Origin: Octopus sinensis
Taxonomy: Eukaryota
Assembly (NCBI RefSeq): GCF_006345805.1
Contig: NC_043002.1
Location: forward strand, 37,820,001-37,884,000
DNA: 64,000 nucleotides
Reading direction: 5' to 3'
Numbering within the stretch: position 1 is the first letter of the stretch; the number at the start of each line of letters is the position of its first letter. Below are positions 56,076 through 64,000 of the stretch, piece after piece. Both the position numbers and the translations under genes were made by a program. The notes below the pieces were generated by a model. That model was not told where the DNA came from. It saw nothing but the letters and a program-made list of their open reading frames with translations, and searched no databases.

Positions 56076-56844
56076 CTATTATAAGTATTACGTGCAATAT
56101 TGTGTAGCAGGGATATTGTCTCAAGATTCTTGCAGAATACAGGATTGCGTTTTCTGATGGTCGATATCGTGGTGAGAAATTCTATGTTAGTTTTCTATAA
56201 AAGACATTGCGTCTCCCATAATTAATGGCTACTGAAGTTTTATCAAATAGCTGTAGTCACGCATAGAACGGTTCTACGCTGGCTTTGTTTCACTAGATGG
56301 CACAAATAGTTTTCCTCTGCTAGATTTGTGGAGTTCTTGGGAGATGGTGACCATTATGAAAGTGTGTATACTTACAGACCCATATTACGAAACCAGTCTT
56401 TTCAATGTAACCTACTCAGGCCCCATGTTTCAAATTATTTCAAATATTTGTCTGTGGCCAATTTTGGCGGGAGAGGGTTGCTGACAACATAAGAGATTTA
56501 ATTATCTATAGCATGAAGTAGTGACATTGAGCAAATTATTTACTGTAGCCCATCTTTTACACCAAGATAAAACATTTACATGCTAACACTTCCAATCAGT
56601 TAAGATTAGAAGCTATGAGAGCCACTGCCTGACAACGAATCAAAGCGTTACTTATCTGAGAAAAAGATTTGCTTGACAGAAGTACGTAACCAGGCATAGT
56701 ACGTCTCCCTCAGAGCTCGTTATCCTGCGTGAGAGGGTGAATGTTACATATCCTTGAATCGTTGAGACGAGAGTAGTTTTTGTTATGCCCTAAAGAGAAG
56801 GATTAAACGCAGCCTTGGGACAGAGTTATGTGTTGTATCATTAA

Positions 56845-57248
56845 TTTTTTACTTTTTTCTGCTTGCGACCCTGTGGGGCATCGTCTTGAAAGGTTTAGTT
56901 GATCAAAGCAACCCCAGTATTTATTCCTTAAGTGTGCTAATACGCTATTGGAATCTTTTACCGAACCACGAAGTTACCGAGGCGTAAACAAACCAACACC
57001 GGTTGTCAATCGGTGAGAAGAGCAAAGCCATACACAAAGGCACACATCCGCGAGCACACATAGACGCACGCACACACTCTCACGCATATACAACGGGCTT
57101 CCATATAGTTGCCGTCTACCATATTCTCTCACAATGCATTGGTATGTCTGGGATTATAATAAAGAATTCGTGCCCAAGTTTCCGCGTAGCAGATTTGAAC
57201 TCGAAATCACACGGTTGCAAACCGAGCTTCTTAGCCACACATCCATGC
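56845..57248 (-). mobile_element. SINE family A, degenerate, full length
   Basis: Reverse-complement similarity to 28901-29302. Confidence 0.75.
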
Positions 57249-57668
57249 ACAGATTTTAAGTCTAGAGTTCGTTCGAAGAAGAAAGCAGATTTGGTACATC
57301 GTACACCTATACAAAGAAGGAAGGAGGGATCCATATTATATATGGAACGACGAAAAACGAAATCACGGCAGGGAAGTTAAGTCTGGCTCGTTGTCACTTT
57401 TGTGATACGATAGGAGCTTTTGCCGTTTTAGCTAATGACAGCATGTACTGTTGAAATCAGAATAGACATGCAAGCTCTAATGGCCCTCGGTTATCACGGA
57501 ACTATGGTGTAGCTTTAATCTGACAAGGGTGAGGAGAAACAAAGAGCTGTGAAAATGAACATTCAGAGCAGAATGCTTGGTTTTTAAGTTAGATAATTGT
57601 AGAAATAGTGAAAAAGGGAAAGGCTGGCAACAACAAAATCCAACATCAACACCAACACCAACACCCCC

Positions 57669-57700
<32 letters not shown>

Positions 57701-58485
57701 CGACAACGAATTACACTCAGAGCGCTGTCAATCGGACCATCAGTTTCAGCTCCGTATATGACGGAAAAATAGCTTAAGCTAAGATTGTTACTACGCGCTT
57801 ACGTTACTGCGTTCAAACAGGGTCGTCTATTCGATTAGCGCTGACACAACTTTGAACAACATACACGTTCACCAATGCACTTTGTATGTCTTAAAAACTA
57901 GCCATTACTCAGAAATCTTGTATATCTGCTGATTAGAAACCAGGCTTATAACGAAAGGCATTCTGGCCAGAGACACCTCACTATCTTTACTTGTACATTG
58001 TATCTAGGATAACATTATCCAATGTGTCTTTCGCCTTTTTAAGATAGTAGGCAGTGATATTCATATTACAGTTGACATCTGATATTAGCAAACCGAGTAA
58101 CCACTTAAATGTCTCCTCGTTAAATGTAATATTCTGGTTATTGAGTCTAGTAAGAGGTTCCTCGTGATGGCTGTCGTCTTCTGTTACATTTAATGTTAAA
58201 ATCCTCCCGCACAGTGATCCATCACTAAACAGGAGATGTCTTAAGTTTCGAAGGGTAACTACGACTTCCTAATAATAACTCACAGGCGTCCACATTTTCT
58301 AAATTTAAACGCCCGGACACTCAGGCATACATTCATACACATGTACAGCGCAAAACAATGCCATTCCCTACGGATCAACAAGAGAAGTTTTAACACGTTC
58401 TACCGACCTACAAATGTTCGCAACCAATTTCATTCAAATTCCACCCAGCACTCTTCAATAGAAGGATGTATTTTGCACTATTATA

Positions 58486-58721
58486 TATTTATTTATTTCC
58501 CACAAGGGCTAAACATAGATGGGACAAACAAAGACAGACAAAGGGATTAAATCGATTACATCGACCCCAGTGCGAAACTGGTACTTTATTCATCGACCCC
58601 GGAAGAATGAAAGGCAAAGTCGACCGAAGCGGAATTTGAACTCAGAACCTAACGGCAGACGAAATACTGCTAAGAATTTCGGCCGGCGTGCTAACGTTTC
58701 TGCCAGCTCGCCGCCTTATTG
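58486..58721 (-). mobile_element. SINE family B head/body with an alternative 3' tail and 12-bp TSD
   Basis: TSD tgcactattata at 58474-58485 and 58722-58733. 58550-58715 matches 13405-13570, but 58486-58545 differs from other family B tails. Confidence 0.9.
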
Positions 58722-59105
58722 TGCACTATTATAATGGATGTTGCAATGACAGGATGACCATAACCGGAACGGCTTTGATTGTTCCTCTACTGCAAGGTTA
58801 AACAACAACATGAACTAAAGATATTAGGTAGATTTACGGGTGTGTTTTTACTACAAGTGGCTTTATTATTCACTATAATACCTATATTCCTTACTATAGA
58901 TTAGTGTCTCATGTTAATACAGTATAAAAACATATAATACAATATTATATTGTAACGAAAATCTTCTTTAGATAGCTATCATGAGCATGTCTGCATCCTC
59001 AACGTGAGCATTATATCTGTCAAAACTAGAAGTCAAATCTCATTCAAATCACACCATACTGATTTAGAAAACTGGAGGATATGTTGGATAATATAGCCAA
59101 AAACA

Positions 59106-59474
59106 GGATCTTTTCGGTTTGAACGGCAGTTTTTAAATATAATTTCCACGTAACTAAACACTTTTAAACTTCGTATACTGGTAGAATCATTTTCTCTTGG
59201 CTTTATTGAGAAAATTCTACAGTTTGTAAGATATTTGTTGTTTTTTTTCCTTCCATTTCTGCAATTTCAACCAATCAATGTGCCGTATGAAAATGTCCCT
59301 CTTTAAGAAACAGATTGGGTTTATTTACATTTCTGAAGAAAAAAAGATACCCTTCCCCCACCCCTAACCCTAAAATAGATTGAAATGCAATAGATCGATA
59401 CTAGGGTCATAATTATGGGTGACAATTTCATATGACACCGCTAGAAAAAAATGTCGTTCAAACCGAAAAGATCC
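59106..59474. mobile_element. MITE-like non-autonomous DNA transposon
   Basis: About 29-bp TIRs GGATCTTTTCGGTTTGAACGGCAGTTTTT / AAAAAATGTCGTTCAAACCGAAAAGATCC; no coding capacity; TSD not clear. Confidence 0.75.
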
Positions 59475-61200
59475 CCCCAAAATTTCTGTTGGAAGGTATT
59501 TGAACATAGGTTCGCTGCAATTGACTGAGAGTGAACTAAACACCAAAACCAGCACCAGCACCGGCACCAGCAGCAGCAGCATCAACAACAACAACAACAA
59601 TGAAATGAATAATTTCGTCAACAAAAACATCATGAACGCCATTCATTTGCATGTAAAAACATGATGAATGGGATATTCTTTACAGTTATTAGCTTATTGT
59701 TATTTTCCTTATATGTAACTTCAATACGAAATACAATGTACTGGCATTGGTTTGTTACAGCAAGTCAATACGTAACATGGATAGATGCCAACATTTGCAG
59801 GAATATCTCGATTGTGCTTTTTTAAAAGGGAAATACGTATAGCGAAAACACACACTTATATAGAAATACATATTTGTATCACCTCAGCACAAGAATTTAC
59901 AACCACAGAAATATGCAGGTGCACGTAAATTAATTAATATAGTATGTGAATAATGTTACGTTATTATACTCTGCAGAAATAATAAAGAAATGTACGTTGT
60001 CGAAAATATATGGGAATGCTATCAATAGAAAGAAAACAAAGTAACTACTATATTCTATAATGAAAACAGAAAGATTTTCAAAGTTACAGGCCTTTTTTTT
60101 AACATTATACACGAACTTCACGCTATGTGATTAACTTTCTTCTTGGTCCTTTATAGATCATGCATAGAACATGTTTCTAAAGCAGTATAGAGCAGACTGT
60201 TTATAGTGACAGACTTGTGTAAGCCTGGAATATGTCGCTATTTTGAGAAATTATTATGGCATGCTATCCAATAGGAATTGAGTCTTTACTTATGAAGCAG
60301 TAATAACCATTCGACAAATCTTCTAGTTAACAAGCCAGGAACCATGGTGTGTGTTTCTGTGTCCTGTGCGCGCGTTTGTGTGTGCTTGTGTGTACATGTA
60401 TATCTGCTAGTCTGTCTGTGGGTATGTGTGTATATATATATGTGTGTGTGTGTGTGTGTGGTGTGTGTGTATGTGTGTGTGTGTGTATGTGTGTGTTCGG
60501 GACGAAATTCCACAGTCTCTTTTCAATAGAATTGGTATACAAATAGTTTCAATGGTATTATTAGTGCTCTTTAGAAAAACATGAACATCACAACCTTTCA
60601 TTACTAAGATTCTAAGACCACTGACATAAGCAAACAGACATACATACACATCTACTGGCTTAATAAGCCGGAAGAATAGAAATAGAAGAATTTAGAAAGC
60701 GTGAGAGACAGAAGGAAATTTCGCTTGGATCAATGCAATTAATTTTATGCGCGTCAGTTCACATAGCTGACGTGAATAAGTACTTTAGGGAATACCATTT
60801 ATGATATCCTATCTTCAGTTGCTTGGCTGTTGCAATATACATGGGTCAGTTTTACATATGAAATCCTGCTACCAACGTTACCAGTTTGATATATAGCAAA
60901 ATATGTTTAATCATTCTATCAGTTTTACTCCCCATGTGAGTGTTATAATTTGAACTTCTGTCTGTTTTTGTAACTCCAGCAATAATGACATCTCTGTTTA
61001 AATGATGAATATTTTACCAGATCACTCTTGCCATACTTCATAACTATATTCACATTGTGTATATCTGTATTTATAATATGAGCTCAACATTTTGTGACAG
61101 CAACTGTAAAGAAACAACTTAACCACCGCAGATTTTGCAAAACTTTACCTATGCTTTATGTTTTATTAACTGTGACACATTTGGCAAAAGGCTTCTTCTA

Positions 61201-61420
61201 AAGCTTGAATTCAACCAATCTCTTGTCAGTAAACTTCTTGGTAGATTAGAAATGTGTGAGAACTTGTTACAGTGAATAGAGCAATAGACCTATTTCATCG
61301 CCGGGTTCAAAGTCTGAATTCAACCAATCTCTTGTCAGTAAACCTTCTGTTTGACGACAAACGTTGAAAGCCTGTCACAGTAACTTGAACGGAAGGCCTA
61401 TTTTATCAACAGGTTCAACG
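61201..61420. repeat. diverged tandem duplication, ~110-bp unit
   Basis: tgaattcaaccaatctcttgtcagtaaac is identical in both units; the remainder is only partly similar. Confidence 0.8.
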
Positions 61421-62249
61421 CATGTGGGCTTTTAGTGAGGTTCATTACGTTACAAGAATTCAGGTTAGGTCTCCTGTCTGAAAACAGAGACTATCTTTTC
61501 TGTTTTCATTCCATCAGTCACGGATGCTTCGAGAAAAGATATCTTGGTAACTGTACTCTCCCTACTGTCCGCAGGATTTTTCTCACTCTGTTGCAAAATA
61601 TTACATTGCTATGAGAAGGGCTGACGATAGGAATTCTTAAACAGCTTTAAACAACCATTTTAGCAATGGTCAGTGAAAACTTCACTGATATCTGAAGAAA
61701 CGGTAAGAAATATTGTAACTAGGCAAAGTGATATTTTTCTGGCCGCACGCAGAATAACATATATTTTCATAGTGAGGCTGGAAATGTGTGTTTAATAAAA
61801 AACACGTTCATGCACGTATACCTTATCCTAAAGTGAGGTAGTGCTTCTATTAATTTCTTTCTCTCCTTCTCTCCTTCTCTCTCCCTCTTCGCACAGAATT
61901 GTGTACAGTTAAACATACACAAACACACGCAAACTCACACACATAGATTATATATACCGTATATATGTATTTATGTATATATATACATATATGTGTGTGT
62001 ATGTGTGTATGTATGCATGTAAATATGCATATATATATGTATATATATATATATATATATGGATGGATGGATATATGTGCATGTTCTCTTGCGTTTGTGC
62101 TTTCATGGTTTGTTTGAATATGCGCGAATTTCTCTACTCAAAACTGAAAAAGCTAATATTATTTTATATGAGAAGGTATATATTATATTATATTATATTC
62201 TATGGAAGAAAATATACCTGAGAAGTACGTAACATCAATATTATATATC

Positions 62250-62294
<45 letters not shown>

Positions 62295-62442
62295 ATATAT
62301 CTGTTTATATTGTAATTTATCTATAAATATGTTTATCTATTGTTTGCCAAAGAGCTTTGCTGAAAAGAGTAAATGATACAATTATTTGAAAATATCTTAA
62401 AGAAGTAACTGCTTGTGATAAATGTAAATATTTTTTGTCATT

Positions 62443-62492
<50 letters not shown>

Positions 62493-62666
62493 CTTTGGTT
62501 TCTCTAAACAATCTATTCCAAGTGAATTGTTGGAAATGAAACTAGTTCTATATTTAATACTTCACTATTGATGTTGGAAGCAGCATCAAATATCTAACAC
62601 ATTTGTTTGCTTTATTTGTAGATCAGAAAATTACAACTACAATATATATATATATATATACACACA

Positions 62667-63350
62667 TTATTTATATTTGACGGATATTTGTCCTCATCTT
62701 GTTTCTTGATAACACGTTTCGTCTGATATACCCTCCAGCCTTCATCAGGTACCTTGGGGAAATTTCGCTCTTAACCACTATGATATATGCTCGTGGGCAA
62801 TATTGGAGTGCATTTTAGGACTTATAAATCTAATATTCTCCTATCTTTCCTTAATACCGGTTCCCATATGCTGTTCATATCTGAATTAGGTCTGCTTAGG
62901 AAGCTGTTGTGCCCTGGCATATGTGCTACTTCTTTTAGTTTTCGTATTTTCCAGCGGTGTTCTCTGTCTATTATTTTAACTTCATCCAACAGGGGGAGGT
63001 GGTCTCTATTTTTCCATACATGATCAGCTATATTCGATTTATCAATATCTCCTCGTATCACAGCTTTGCGATGTTCCTCTACCCTTATTTTGATGGTGCG
63101 GCATGTTTCGCCTTTGTATAACCTACCGGATCTGCATGGGATGGAGTACACGCAGTTTTTGGGTCATATTCTCTTCTGGTGGTGGTTTTACTCGAAGGAG
63201 ATATTTGTATTTGCAAAGTGTTGTATTACTCTTGAATCCTGTCCTGATGCCATATGGGCCGCATATCTTTTGTATCTTTTCGGAGAAGCCTTTCACGTAG
63301 GGTAGACAGACTGTGGACAGTTTATCGCTTTCATCCTCTCTTTTCTTCAT
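62667..63350 (-). mobile_element. Penelope-like element 3' part (RT-thumb linker + GIY-YIG endonuclease + terminal repeat)
   Basis: TVCLPYVKGFSEKIQKIC..GIRTGFKSNTTL followed, after a frameshift, by YSIPCRSGRLYKGET.RTIKIRVEEHRK..SNIADHVW..VKIIDRE..RKLKE. (TA)n flank at about 62643-62660. Confidence 0.92.
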
Positions 63351-63580
63351 AATTAGAGTGGATAGTATATTTTTCTTGGGGTGGGGGGTAGTTGTTACTT
63401 AATAGATTGTTACTGAGCTTGATCAGTTCTTCGTGGTAAGGGATATATTACTTTACAAAACATCATCTTGATGATGAGGCCTCCTGTTGAATGCCTTAAT
63501 CTACCTTAGTTCTCATACTCTAGTTGATGATGCTCTACATACCTTATGCACCTCTCACATATCTGAGACAGGTTATTTTG

Positions 63581-63619
<39 letters not shown>

Positions 63620-64000
63620 TTCAAGCATAGCCTTCCGCCTATGATCATCTCGTCCTCTCAGACATAACTGCGCTACATCAGTGAATAAACTAAGTAAAGC
63701 AAACATTTCCTTAAAGAAGGATTCTTTCCGAAACTTTGAGTTTTCCACTCTCCACAGCACTTTCAAATTATTCTTTTGATCAATATTACTAAGTAATACA
63801 AACGTTTCCTACACGCTTTGGAGACTGTTTGATCATATATACCTACATTATTCATGTCTTTCTGTTTTAATCAATAGAGTGTGATGTGAGAGATATTTAG
63901 CTGTTGAATCCAGCGGATCGCGTGTCATATCGATTCTCCTTCATTAGATTCCTGTTACTTTGTTGTGGATAGCTTTATAAAGTTTATAATTAAAGGTATA

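Noticed and set aside
63515-63570. Possible C/D box snoRNA (TGATGA..CTGA)
   Set aside because: Too short, box C lacks the preceding purine, and there is no terminal stem.

Overview
AT-rich, microsatellite-saturated eukaryotic non-coding DNA. It is most consistent with a coleoid cephalopod (Octopus-like) genome; this is inferred from the tRNA-headed SINE families and repeat landscape, not from a search. I found no intact, recognisable host protein-coding gene. Almost all ORFs in the supplied track are translations of (TA)n, (CA)n, (TATG)n, (GATA)n, (ATT)n or (ATC)n microsatellites, or are transposon remnants. Supportable content: (1) at least four short retroposon/SINE families in about 20 copies, several with target-site duplications (TSDs); (2) decayed non-LTR retrotransposons of five groups (RTE 8.2-10.3 kb, Tx1/L1 22.7-23.5 kb, CR1-like 24.1-24.8 and 36.4-37.7 kb, R4/Dong-like 43.7-45.65 kb, Penelope GIY-YIG 62.7-63.35 kb); (3) a decayed Ty3/gypsy internal region and a probable solo LTR; (4) Tc1/mariner fragments and MITE-like fold-backs. 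The most interesting signals are a Tx1-type LINE inserted inside a (TATC)n array, a CR1-like LINE whose 3' tail is shared with the commonest SINE, hammerhead-ribozyme-like cores in several Penelope-type termini, a SINE insertion with a TTAGGG-containing TSD, and a nested inverted-repeat structure. A few splice-signal-flanked exon candidates could belong to a long-intron host gene but are unproven. Element boundaries are read by eye and may be off by tens of bases.
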